Source: Eledone cirrhosa
Lineage: Eukaryota
Reading direction: 5' to 3'
Assembly: GCA_964016885.1 (NCBI GenBank)
Contig: OZ024744.1
Span: 55,056,001 to 55,120,000, forward strand
Length of the DNA: 64,000 nt
Numbering within the stretch: the stretch's first letter is position 1; the number at the start of each line of letters is the position of its first letter. The position numbers and the translations under genes are program-made. Under the pieces are notes generated by a model. It was not told the DNA's origin. It saw only the letters and a list, made by a program, of their open reading frames with translations, and searched no databases. Of the stretch, positions 1-11,699 are shown one piece after another.

Positions 1-2980
1 CACCAGTATTCCTTAGTGCCATCTGTCTCAATATATTCTTCCTCGTTTGTTGTTAATTTTGTTTTCCGAAGTGCGTTCCAGATAGTTCTAGCTATCCCAT
101 CGTGTCTCATGGGGAGGTAGTAGCGAGATGACATTCTTTCGCAGCTGGCAACAATGTGGCTTACATCCTCGATCTTTGTTTTACATAGCCTACATTTATT
201 GTCAGCTGCTGGCCCTCCTCTTTTGTGCAGCAGATATTTGGTAGGGAGTTCTTGTTCCTGTATTGCATAGAGATATCCCTCAAGGTGTGATGTCATAAAC
301 TTGTCGGAACTCCATGCCAGGCTTTTTGAGTGGTTTATCCCCTCTATGGTCTGTGTTTTACGCCTCAAGTAGCCATGCACAACTTTCTCTGTAAATTGGT
401 CAATTTTTTTTTCTTGTTTGAACATTGAATAGGATCTTCCGATTTCTCTGGGTGAGAGATTTATATCAGGCTTTATTCCATATCTCTCCTCCAGATCAGT
501 CGCTATTCTAATGATATTTCTTTTTTCATGCTCATAAACCTGAGCAAGATGGTCGCCAACCTTTTTCCTCTGTTGAAGGTGTTGCTTCAGTGTTACTATC
601 CGGGTCTCATATGTTGTTAATATTGATTTTAGACCCCGGCCACCTTCCTTGCGTGAGAAGTATAGCCTATCCACATCACCATTGATGTTAAAGTTCCCAG
701 TAACACTGAGAAGTTTTCGAGTTCTAACATCCATCTCACTTAGTTCTTGCAATGACCAGTTCAGTAGGCCAAATGTTGGCGTTAGAATTGGCACAGCATA
801 GGTATTGTGGGCAATGTATTTGTTGTATGCTGACAGTTCTGATGACCATATTTTTTTTACTCTTCTGAGGTATTCAGTTCTGGTTCTCTCCTTATTTATG
901 GGTCCATCATATCTGACATTCTCATCCTGTCCAAGATATCTGTAGTTGTCACCTGACTGCAGAGGTTGTATTGTCAGGCCGTTCATATCTAGATTTCTAG
1001 AGGAGGGCACAGCTCTTCCACGTTTTACTGCCAAATATGCACACTTGGACTCACCAAATTTCATTTTGATGTCGGTTGAAAATTGTGTAATGAGGTCCAA
1101 TTGTTTCTTGATGTCATTGATATTTGGCCCATACAACTTCAGGTCATCAACAAAGAAAAGATGGGAGATACTTCTGGGCCCACTTCTTTGTCCACCTTGT
1201 TTCCTGAGTAGGTAAGATAGTGGATTCAGTGAGAGAACGAAGAGTAGTACTGACAAGCTATCACCCTGAAAGATGCCCTTCTGGTAATGTATCCTATCAG
1301 TCTTAACCTGCTCCTTCTCACCTCTAAGGATCAAATTGGTGTACCAGTTCTTGGTCAGGCGTTCAACAGCAGCTACTAATGGTTGTGGGACTTTAGCTAA
1401 CTGTAAAGCCTTAATAATCCACCCATGAGGTACACTATCAAATGCTTTTTGATAGTCCAGCCACACGACAGTCATGTTTCTGCGATTCTTTGTTGTTTTT
1501 TCCTGAATCATTTTGTTAGTTAGTAGGTGATCTATGCAACCCCACACCTCCCTCTTTCCACCAGCTTGCTCAGGTGTTATGATGTTGTTGGTAGCACAGT
1601 GATCCTGTAAGAACAGGTTAAGGCACCCAGTATATAATTTATACATGATGTTTTGGCAGGCAATTGGGCGGTAATTTTTAGCAAGGGTGGTTTGGCTATT
1701 TTTGGGAATGAGGAGAGTAGTGGCAGTTGATAACCATCTGGGCAGTTCTTGTGTGCCCTTAATGGTTTCTGTAAACAGCCGTATGAGATCTTGCCGATAG
1801 AAAGTGAAATTCTTCAACCAGTATCCTGTAATGAGGTCTGGGCCTGGCGATTTCCTATTCGACATTTTCTATAGAGCTGTTTCCAGTATTGACCCATCTA
1901 TGTCATATTGTTTTGTCTGGACATGTTGGCAGTAGTCCTGTTCCAGTTGTTTTAGCCAATTAGCTTGTCTGTTGAATCCGTCATCCGTTTCCCATACAGA
2001 TCTCCAGTAGTTCTCAACCTGTTCTTTTGAAGGGGTGTCGTTTACAGGGATTGAGCTTTTGCCACCGAAGCTGCGATAAACTGATTTAGGATCTCTGGCA
2101 AACAATTTATTTAGCACTTGTCGTTTATGGGCTGTTGACTTATATTTTAGTCTTTCTGTTGTAGCTGTGAGTTGTTGTTTCAACTGGTGTAATTTGGAGT
2201 TCAAAGTTTTAAATTTGGTATCTCCAAATCGTCTCTCTAACTTTTTCTTTAGGTCTTCCTGGTGTCGTGTGAAGTTTCTCTCTATGTTGCATTTCATAAC
2301 GACTGCGATGTGTGAGATACTTCGTCTCAGGGACAAAATTTTGGTTTTTAAATTTCGCATCCACGCTGGTTGAGGCTTTCTGTTTGTATCTTGATTGCGT
2401 GGTTTTAGATGTGTGTTATATGATAGCAATGTGACAGCTGAAACATATAACAAAACATTGAGCGTTTCAAATGTCGTTTCTACACCTTTAGATCGTATAG
2501 CCTTCAGATAATTGCCAGCTATTTCGTTCACCGCTTCCAATTCCAATTTAGTGGGTTCTTTACTGACTCTAGTGTTGTATGGTCTGTCACTCACATTAAG
2601 GCTGTGTATCTCTTGAAACATATCGTTCCATATCACTTGTAGGGTGCCCACAAGTTTTTGGTGCTCTGTTTGTTCAGTAGAGTCATGAATTGCAGCCTCG
2701 TTGTTGATGTGGTGACAATTACTACTAGAGTCAGCTGACCTTTCTCGCTGTTCTTCAGTGGAAGTGGGATGGATTTCAGCAAAATTGTTGGTGAGCTGTT
2801 CACTGTTATATTTAGCTGGCCATTCTCTTTGTCTGTCAGTGGAGGTGGGGTGGTTGTCTACAAGGGCTGTATTTGTAGTATCACTCGATTCCGTTAGATG
2901 TATCAATTTACATCTAATGATACGTTTTGCCTGTTCATTTAGATGCTTTGGAGAAAAGTCTAATTCTGGGTGTTTGGAGT
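1..2980 (-). mobile_element. R4/Dong-clade non-LTR retrotransposon (RT + CCHC; RLE lies beyond the window edge), 5'-truncated, one in-frame stop
   Basis: The frame of ORF 1869..3221 continues past TAG at 1869-1871 to the window edge. It reads KSPGPDLITGYWLKNF, NYRPIACQNIMYK, WLDYQKAFDSVPH, GIFQGDSLS, HLFFVDDLKLY, RLYFSRKEGGRGL, then CRLCKTKIEDVSHIVASC and LPMRHD. The R4-like N-terminus KHPELDFSPKHLNEQAKRII abuts a (TACA)n tract. Confidence 0.92.
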
Positions 2981-3068
2981 GTATGTATATGTATATGTAT
3001 GTATATGTATATGTATGTATGTATGTATATATATATGTATGTATATATATATGTATGTATGTATATGT
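2981..3068. repeat. (TATG)n/(TA)n compound microsatellite
   Basis: Direct reading; similar tracts at 3675-3858, 4267-4326 and 4525-4605. Confidence 0.95.
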
Positions 3069-3674
3069 CAGGTCACCAGTTGGTGCTACTGGTAACATGT
3101 ATCCCAGTACAACCTGTCTCATGGTCGGGTCGTTGGCGACTAAACTGGCAACCCCACCAAGGTTTCTTGGTGAGGAGGGTGACTTTGGACATCCTGCAGG
3201 ACTAAAAACAAAACCTGTCAAAGGGCAAAGGAGCTATTAAGAGTCAATGGCCATCCAAAATCACCGGGAGAAATGACCCCTTAGCCTTTGTCAAGGCAGA
3301 ATTCTAGGAGAAGGAAAACTCTGATATAATACCTGCAACTCTGATGGTATCCAATGATGTTGACTTGTTCTTCTTTTTGGTAAATATCATCTTGGTTAAG
3401 AGAGTGGGACTGGCTTTGTGCAGTGCCTTTGCTCACTATAAAAGCTTCACGGCACAGGCATTGCTTTGTATCTGGAGATCTCTCTGCACTTGTCGTTACA
3501 TGGTACCATGGGCCCAGCACTATGTGTCAATAATTGTCACAAGTGTAGTGTTTGTACCAGAGTTTTCAAGTCGCTGGCTGGATTAAAAAGTCACACTTGT
3601 TCAGCGCATCGGTAGGGGTTCTCCTACATGGATATAAAGTAGTGGCCGTACTCGAAAACGAGTTGGCAGCCAGC
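3069..3674 (+). mobile_element. Non-autonomous RTE-like retroelement (structured 5' part, 3' end with C2H2-type finger, (TATG)n tail)
   Basis: 3' part encodes HKCSVCTRVFKSLAGLKSH, resembling an RTE C-terminal finger, followed by a short 3' UTR and microsatellite tail. 3265-3674 is repeated at 3859-4266. Confidence 0.6.
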
Positions 3675-3677
3675 ATG

Positions 3678-3708
<31 letters not shown>

Positions 3709-3858
3709 ATATATATATGTTTGTATGTATGTGTGTATATATGTATGTATATATGTATGTGTGTATGTATGTATGTATGCATCTATGTATGAATGTATGT
3801 GTGTATGTATGTATGTATGTATCTATGTATCTATGTATCTATGTATCTATGTGTATCT

Positions 3859-4266
3859 CGGGAGAGATGACCCCTTAGCCTTTGTCAAGGCAGAATTCTA
3901 GGAGAAGGAAAACTCTGATATAACACCTGCAACCCTGATGGTATCCAATGATGTTGACTTGTTCTTCTTTTTGGTAAATATCATCTTGGTTAAGAGAGTG
4001 GGACTGGCTTTGTGCAGTGCCTTTGCTCACTATAAAAGCTTCACGGCACAGGCATTGCTTTGTATCTGGAGATCTCTCTGCACTTGTCGTCACATGGTAC
4101 CATGGGCCCAGCACTATGTGTCAATAATTGTCACAGGTGTAGCGTTTGTACCAGAGTTTTCAAGTCGCTGGCTGGACTAAAAAGTCACTCGTTCAGCGCA
4201 TCGGTAGGGGTTCTCCTACATGGATATAAAGTAGTGGCCGTACTCGAAAACGAGTTGGCAGCCACC
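3859..4266 (+). mobile_element. Second, 5'-truncated copy of the 3069-3674 element
   Basis: About 410 bp direct repeat of 3265-3674 with roughly ten differences; microsatellite on both sides. Confidence 0.8.
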
Positions 4267-4326
4267 ATGTATCTATGTATGTATGTATGTATTATGTATA
4301 TATGTATGTATGTATGCATGTGTGTG

Positions 4327-4524
4327 TTATCTCTTTCTCTTAATTTCGAGTATATTTTTTTGACCGGCCACCTTCCTGGTGGCAAGGATGGAAAAGAAAA
4401 GAAATTGTCATCCCTTGAATCGCAAGAATGTTTTGCAAATTTTGAAGGTGCCAGCTATCACAGCCATTTGTAGACTATGAATTAGGGAGCTGCGCTCTTT
4501 GTTCGCAAATCCAAGTTCAGTCAT
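4327..4524 (-). mobile_element. 3' terminal fragment of the R4/Dong element
   Basis: Reverse complement matches ~11490-11680 (AGTFKICKTFLRFKG* and 3' UTR with GCCACC-AGGAA-GGTGGC hairpin); embedded in (TATG)n. Confidence 0.9.
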
Positions 4525-4605
4525 ATGTGTATGTATGTATGTATGTGTGTGTGTATGTATGTATATATATGTATGTATGTATGTGTGTATGTATGTGTGT
4601 ATGTA

Positions 4606-5212
4606 TGGGACTCAATACAAACTGAAAATGAGGTTCAGGGACAGCACCAAGAGCAACTCTAAGAGCTGGCATTTGATATAGACAACTGGGATGAAATAGC
4701 TCTAAATAGGGATGAGTGGAGAAAGTACATAAAGGGCAGTTACAAAATGTTTGAGGAATGTCGTCTAGAACATAAACAACTGAAGCATCAGCTCCAGAAG
4801 GGTTATGCTCACAGTCTTGATGAAGTCATCACTAGTTGGACATGCAAATTCTGTCAACGTGTACTCCTCTCTCAAAGTCTGGTTATATTAATCACCTGAA
4901 GTCACATGAAAGGATAACCACCTGCAACACCACTCAACAAAGACGTGGTGCAACAACGTGTGTGATATGCAACAAAGTGTGTAGAACTAGTACTGGACTA
5001 AAAAGACACATGGTGGTACATAAAGATTGTAACCCATAAAATGCCCCACCAATTCTGTGGAAAGCACAACTCTCTTCTGTCACCAGTGTTGTAAACCATG
5101 AAGATCTGCAACTGGTCTACAAAGTCATCTGCAGAGTCATGACCACAGATAGGATGATGACGAAGAATCATTCAGAGACGGCAATCGTCTGTGAAGATGC
5201 TGCAATCCTCAA
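4606..5212 (+). mobile_element. Decayed 3' end of an RTE-like LINE with three C2H2-type zinc fingers
   Basis: Fragmented frames give MRFRDSTKSN, WDEIALNRDEWRK, CKFCQRVL..SKSGYINHLKSH, CVICNKVCRTSTGLKRHMVVH and CHQCCKP..SATGLQSHLQSH; ends in a TATG tail. Confidence 0.7.
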
Positions 5213-5217
5213 GTATG

Positions 5218-5858
5218 TATGATAATGGTGGTGGTGATGATGATAATGGTGGTGGTGATGATGATGATGATGGTGCTGGTGATGATGATGATGATGATGA
5301 TGATGGTGGTGCTGGTGATGATGATGATGATGATGATGATGATGGTGCTGGTGATGATGATAATCGTGGTTTTGATGATAGTGGTGATGGTGATGATGAT
5401 AATGGTGGTAGTGGTGATGATTATGATGATGGTCATGATGGTGATGATGATGATAATGATGATGGTGATGATGATGATGATGATGATGATGGTCATGATG
5501 ATAATGGTGGTGGGATGATGATAATGGTGCTGGTGATGATGGTAATGGTGGTAGTGGTGATGATAATGATGATGGTCATGATGATAGAGGTGGTGATGAG
5601 GATGCTGATGGTGATGATGATAGTGGTGGTATTGATGGTAATGGTGGTACTGATGATGATGTTGATGGTCATGATGATAGTGGTGGTGATGATGATAATG
5701 GTGGTGGTGGTGGTGGTAATGGTGATAACGGTGGTGTTGATGGTGATGATGATGGTCATGATAGTGATGGTGGTGATGATGATAATGATGGTGGTGATGA
5801 TGAAAATGATGGTCATGATGATATTGGTGATGTTGATGTTGATGGTGATGGTGATGAT
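5218..5858. repeat. Long imperfect (GAT/GGT)n trinucleotide repeat
   Basis: Direct reading; it produces the spurious poly-D/poly-M/poly-I ORFs. Confidence 0.95.
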
Positions 5859-6159
5859 CTATCAGAAGATTGCCAATCCTCTAAATGAAAGCAAGGAAAC
5901 AATGTTTCCATTGATCTTCCCCATAGCTGATACTATTAGTCCATTACAACTCATGGTAGACAGAAGTCTTGCTGTTTACTTGCTCTTTTTATTTTCTTAT
6001 TTTACCTTTTGTTTTTGTTTTTCACTTTTGGCTTGTGTCTATTGGTCTGTTTGCTTGTGCCTTGTCCAATAGTTTGACCTTTTGCTCTATTCAAAAAAGG
6101 ACAAAACAGAACAGATTAAAATTATAGGCTTATTATTTAGTAAAAATTATAGGCTTATT

Positions 6160-6570
6160 TTTTCTGACATTACATATCAGTAAAGTCATAGAACATGTTA
6201 TCAGAGGGAAACTGATCACATTCTTAGAAGAAAATGATTTGCTAAATGACACCCAGCATGGCTTGGCTTTATTTATTTTATTTTTTTTCTAGAAGCTGCT
6301 GCCTTAAACAGCTTTTTACAGCATTAGGAATGGGTGTTGAAACAGCTGCTAAACTGCTCAAATGTGGATGTGATATATCTCGACATTGCAAAGGCTTTCG
6401 ATAAGGGCTGATCGTGGAATGATATGCCACAAACTGTGTGGTCTCAGCATAGTTGATAACTAGAAGAGTAGTTACATGACTTATTAAAAGCTGTCATAGT
6501 CAATGGCGCTTGCAGGAAGGAAACATTAATAATGAGTGGAGTTCCCCTGAGAACTGTCATGGGGTGGGGA
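6160..6570 (+). mobile_element. Decayed CR1/L2-like LINE RT fragment
   Basis: Fragments HISKVIEHVIRGKLITFLEENDLLNDTQHG, NVDVIYLDIAKAFDK and SGVP. Confidence 0.65.
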
Positions 6571-7603
6571 GCATTGTTTATACACACACACACATACATA
6601 TATATATTTATTGTGGTGACACAACAAAAGCCCCTAGTCCACCATGTAAGGTTCTCATGTTTGTATCATGGCAAAAGAGCACCTAGCCCTCTCTTCAAGG
6701 TGGTCGTGCTGGCGACATGACAAATAAGCATCCAGTCTACCCTCTAAGGTGGTCGTGTTGGTTGCACGACAAAAGGCACCTGGTCCGCCCTGTAGAGTGG
6801 TCGTGTTAGCGACATGACACGACAGTAAATACCTAGTCAACTCTGTAAAGTGGTTGTGATGGTGACAGGACAAAAAGCAATGCATGTATGTATGTATGTA
6901 TTTATACATATATACACATGCACATGTAATCACATATACATACATACGTGTGTGTGTATGTAAAACGGATATTAAATTATGATGAGGAGGAGGTGAAGAG
7001 GAGGAGGATATGCATATATGTATGCGTGTGTGTGTGTGTGCGTTTATGTGCATGTATATGTTTGTGCATTTATATGTGTATGTGTGTATATGAACTTGGA
7101 ATTTCCCAAATGCATCCTTCTGACTGAAAAATATATAATTAAGTGCAGCATTGAGCTAAAAACAGTATTTAATCAATTAGAATTAGAATTATAACATGAA
7201 AAAAGTCACTAAGGTTAATGAAAATTATACTAAATGGAGAAAGAGATAGAACTCCTCAAATTTCACTTAGTGAATAATTAATTGTAGTTGTTCCCACAGC
7301 TACCCAAGATTAAATACAAACCCACATTTTACATGCCTCCATTTATTTTTTATTTAATTGAAATATCAGAGTTCTCTCCCTTACTTAATTTAAAAGCAAT
7401 TTGAATGCCGAATTTCTTCTTATTTACATACATAATTTCAATAAATTAAAAATTATCTTTTGATCATCACTTTATGTATATTAGCCTGCACTTAACTATA
7501 TCGTCTTTATGCAAAAGGGACTTTTGGGAGATTTTCCAATGTCATTATTTCAATTTGCTTAATTAATAAATTATCTTCACATAAAAAAAACTATATCCAT
7601 TGC

Positions 7604-7775
7604 TCATTAGAGGGTTGGACGCCATGTTTTCTAGCATAGTTACGTCCCTTTACAGTCTGAGTTCAAATCCCGCCGAGGTTAACTTTGCCTTTCATCCTTA
7701 CGGAGTCGATAAAATAAAGTACCAGTAATGTACTGGATAATTTCTGGCCTTGTGCCTAAAGTAGAAACAATTATG
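7604..7775 (+). mobile_element. tRNA-head SINE (family A)
   Basis: B-box GAGTTCAAATCC, central GCCTTTCATCCTTACGG-GTCGATAAAATAAAGTACC, (ATT)n-type tail. Further copies near 8395-8515, 10883-10975, 26700-26890 and 36110-36310(-). Confidence 0.75.
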
Positions 7776-9019
7776 GGGTTTTGGCAGGTTTGAGTGGACT
7801 GGAAAAGTTAACATATCTTTTCTATATCTCAATTTAGTTTTTTATCAACTGAAGTTAAAAGTTATCTCGCATACTTGCTTGAGAGAAATTTTCATTCATA
7901 CTAATTACTTTTCATCTCATTAAAATCATAATTCAAATTTATTTAGAATTTATTTTCTATCACACCAACTCGTGTATGGTAGATTGCACATAACTCTGTG
8001 GGTGGGTAGAAAAAGAAGTATATCCTTGTAAATCCGGAATGCGTCTTATACGAAGTGGCGTCCAATAGGTCAGCAAATACAGTAATTACAAATTAATTTT
8101 GGATCATCACTCACACACATATACGCACGTGTATGTGTGTGTAAGAATCCCCCCTCCCCTGTGCGCGCGTGTGTGTGTGTGTGTGCGCGCGCGTGTATGT
8201 GTGTGCGTGTGTGTAGAAAAAAGAAGTATTCATCCACACAAGTGGAAACATTTAAGGCGGAGTTGAAATCCTTTAATTTAATAGTTCCAGGCAGAGAGGA
8301 GCTGCTGGGTGGGATAACATAAATGGTGAAGCGTTATTCTCCAAAAGAGACTCTGTAATATGTTCTTCTAGACATACTTATGTAGTGTCATTAAAGGTTA
8401 CGTCCCTTTACGGTCTGAGTTCAAATCCCGTCGAGGTTAACTTTACCTTTCATCCTTACGGGGTTGGTAAAATAAAGTACCAGTAATGTACTTGTGCCTA
8501 AAGTAGAAACAGTTATTTAAAGTTATGTTGGGGGGAGGGGAGATATACTGGGCAAAGTCACACACACACGCACACACACACACACACACACTAGTAAATA
8601 AACTGTAAATATTTGAACTGACAAACAAATTTTAAAATATTTTTCAGCTAAATCCTGACAGATAAAGAAAACAAAGAGGAAATACAATCGCTCAAAACTT
8701 TGTGGATTCTCTCTGTTGACCACTGGCCACTGGTCTCTGTCCTCTGAGGCCTTTTTGCTCATCACTGTCTTTGACAGCATTTAATGGCTGTTCGAGCGAT
8801 GAATTTTTTCATTTTTTATATGTATTAAATTAACTATATTTATGATAATTACAATTAATGGTGTAATGATGTAATGATTATACTGATATAATTGGGTAAT
8901 AATTAGAATTTTATTTGTGTTAAAATAGAAAATTACGTGTGTCTGTACAAATATATGTCAGAGTAATTATGCCTTATGTAAACAACTGTGGAATTTTCAC
9001 AAGTTCGACTATCTAATAA

Positions 9020-9204
9020 CAGACCTGCCAACCTCTAAAAACTTGAACATGAAAACAAGTGCCCTAAAAAGGGGAGAAATGAGGCTAAATGGGGAGATTT
9101 TAAATAATAAAAGCTATACCCATTTTCACAAGAGAAGACATCTCTCACCCATCTCAAAGTGTGTGGGAGATCTCCCTGTTGGAAGCGGGAATTTGACAGG
9201 TCTG
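9020..9204. mobile_element. hAT-like MITE
   Basis: TIRs CAGACCTGCCAA / TTGACAGGTCTG; TAATAA direct repeat on both sides (9014-9019, 9205-9210). Confidence 0.65.
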
Positions 9205-11001
9205 TAATAACAATTAGATACAAAAAATAAAAATAAAAATACAACACTACTCCAGCATAGCGGCAGTTCCAATGAGTAAAACCAGTATTTAAAAAAAGTG
9301 TGCGAATTGTAGTGTAAGGGAAATAATTAGGGTGGAATTATTAAAATAGAATTATTTCCCTTGAAAGAGTATACCATGTCTGAGATGTTGGTTGATAATT
9401 CTTTGCCATATTGACAATTAGTGCATTCAAATATAGGTAGAAATTCTTCTCGTCTTACTGCACCCAGTAAAGTTCCATCATGTTTTGAGTTCGAATTTCA
9501 CAGAGATAAACGTTGCCTTTCATCTGTCATGGTCGATAAAATAAAGTAGCTGGGATATATTAGAATTAAGAGTTAACTCTTAACGTTTTATGCCACATAA
9601 AACCACAATAGCAAGAAATTCTTGAAAAGTACAAAACAGCAGTATGACTGCATCACATCAAACATGTTTGCTTTAGTTTACTGCAATTTTCACAACAATT
9701 TATCTGCTAGTAAAAATTATATAAATATTTGAATTAACAACCCTTTACGGAATGTTAATTAACTGCAGTGGATTGGTATAATCAGTAGAGCATATGACAA
9801 AAATATATTGTAGCACTTTACATTCTGAGTTCAAATTCCACTAAAGTCAACATTGCTTTTCATATTTATGGAGTAGATAAGACAAAGTACCAATGCAACA
9901 TTCTTAAATCTAACAACTGGAACCAAAGATAAATAATAAAAGCACCGTAAAATAATATTAACTTAATCTAATTCTAATTTTTAAAAATTAAAAAATAAGG
10001 GAAACAGCTTCGGCATTTAAATAAAAAAAAAGGTTGCAGTAGGAAGAGAGAAATATTGCTAGGGATTAAAAGTTTATAATTACCGAAACATTTATTTTGA
10101 TTCCAGATAAAACCTGAAAACTGGTTACTTTTTGAAATTCTTCAATAAAATGAGGGTTTCTTCATTTAATTTAATCCTATATAATAATATGTGATATAGG
10201 TATTCTATACAGGTATTTTAGCTGTAGCTAATCCTTTCTCTTTTTTGTTTTTGACCATAACCTAACGTTTTGGGTATGGCTTTGGTTGGAAATGAGTGCC
10301 CTGCAATATAAAAACAATCATAGCTATGAAATAAATCAACATAAGAAGCACTGGGCTCAGAAGGTGGACAATGAACATATTTCATATTAAGTTTTACTCA
10401 TATCTGTTAAACAAAATTATATTCAATTTTCATCCTGTAGATTGTATGAGGTACAGGTATTGTGTACAGATATTTTAATAATTTTAATAACTTTAGAAGG
10501 ATATTATATTGTACCTTTATCTATAAAATAGAATTGTTCTTTACTTTTCTATGTTCAATTTCATCTTACATATGTGCTACAAATATTCTAAACTGGTATT
10601 TTAATATTTTTACATGGATTATCAAATATCAAACAGACCAAGCTTCAGATTAATTTTATCTGTTAGATACAATTTTGTTCTTTTATATTTAACTATATAT
10701 TTAACCTGTTTTCAGAAATCCAGCAAATCCTGGCCATCCATGGTCCTAAGCTTTCTGAACAAAGTTAGAATTTGTCATTAAGTTTTACCTGCTCTCTTCA
10801 GTTGAAATATTTCTTGTTCACGTGATTTTTTAGAGAAAGCAATCCTTTCCCCTCTCACAGTCATTATTATTATCACATACTTGGCCTTTCATCCTTATGA
10901 AGTCGATAAAATAAAGTACCAGTAATACACTGGGTAATTGCTGGCCTTGTGCCAAAAGTAGAAACAATTATTATTATCACATACATACATACATACACAC
11001 A

Positions 11002-11680
11002 CACAAAAGAGGGGGGCCATCCATCGACAATAAATGTAGGCTATGTAAAACAAAGATCGAAGATGTTAGCCACATTGTTGCCAACTGCAAAAGAATGTCA
11101 TCTTGCTACTACCTTCCCATGAGACACCATGTGATAGCTAGAACCATCTGGAGCACACTAAAGAAAACAAAATGAAAAACAAATGAGGAGGAATATGTTG
11201 AGATAGATGGCACTAAAGAATACTGATGGAACCTGTAAATAAAAACTGCCACCAAATTAAAGCACAACCAGCCTGATATTGTTGTTTGAGACCACACATT
11301 GAAAACGTGCTCTCTTGTAGAGATCAGCTGCCCACTTGATGTCAACATTGTAAGAAAGATACAAGAGAAGGAGGACATCTACGGACCAATGATGAGGAGT
11401 TTGCAGATCCAGTGTCCAAGATACACTTTCAACTTTATGCCCAACATTATTGGAGCTACAGGTTATATACCAACCTGCTTGGACCAAAGAATAACTGAAC
11501 TTGGATTTGTGGACAAAGAGCATAGCTCCCTAATTCATAGACTAAAAATGGCTGCAATAGCTGGCACCTTCAAAATTTGCAAAACATTCTTGCGATTCAA
11601 GGGATGACAATTTCTTTTCTTTTACAACCTTGCCACCAGGAAGGTGGCCGGTCAAAAATGTATTTGAAATTAAGAGAAAG
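11002..11680 (+). mobile_element. 5'-truncated, decayed R4/Dong copy with CCHC, RLE endonuclease and 3' UTR
   Basis: CRLCKTKIEDVSHIVANC, LPMRHH, KHNQPDIVV..CSLVEISCP..KIQEKEDIY (PD-(D/E)xK-type), several stops, TGA at 11605-11607. Overlaps in sequence with 1-230(-). (ACAT)n on both flanks. Confidence 0.92.
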
Positions 11681-11699
11681 ACATACATACGTACGTATG

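Noticed and set aside
2981-3221. N-terminal 80 aa of ORF 1869..3221
   Set aside because: Read-through across a microsatellite and an unrelated element; the retrotransposon is truncated at ~2980.
4836-5150. Host C2H2 zinc-finger gene
   Set aside because: The fingers follow RT-tail-like sequence, contain frameshifts and stops, and end in a retroelement tail.
5191-6072. 293-aa ORF and overlapping poly-D/M/I ORFs
   Set aside because: Translation of a (GAT/GGT)n repeat; no splice signals or domain.
10100-10770. Possible plus-strand micro-exons (IKPENWLL; EIQQILAIHGPKLSEQ)
   Set aside because: No consistent exon chain or recognisable protein could be built; likely chance splice-like motifs.
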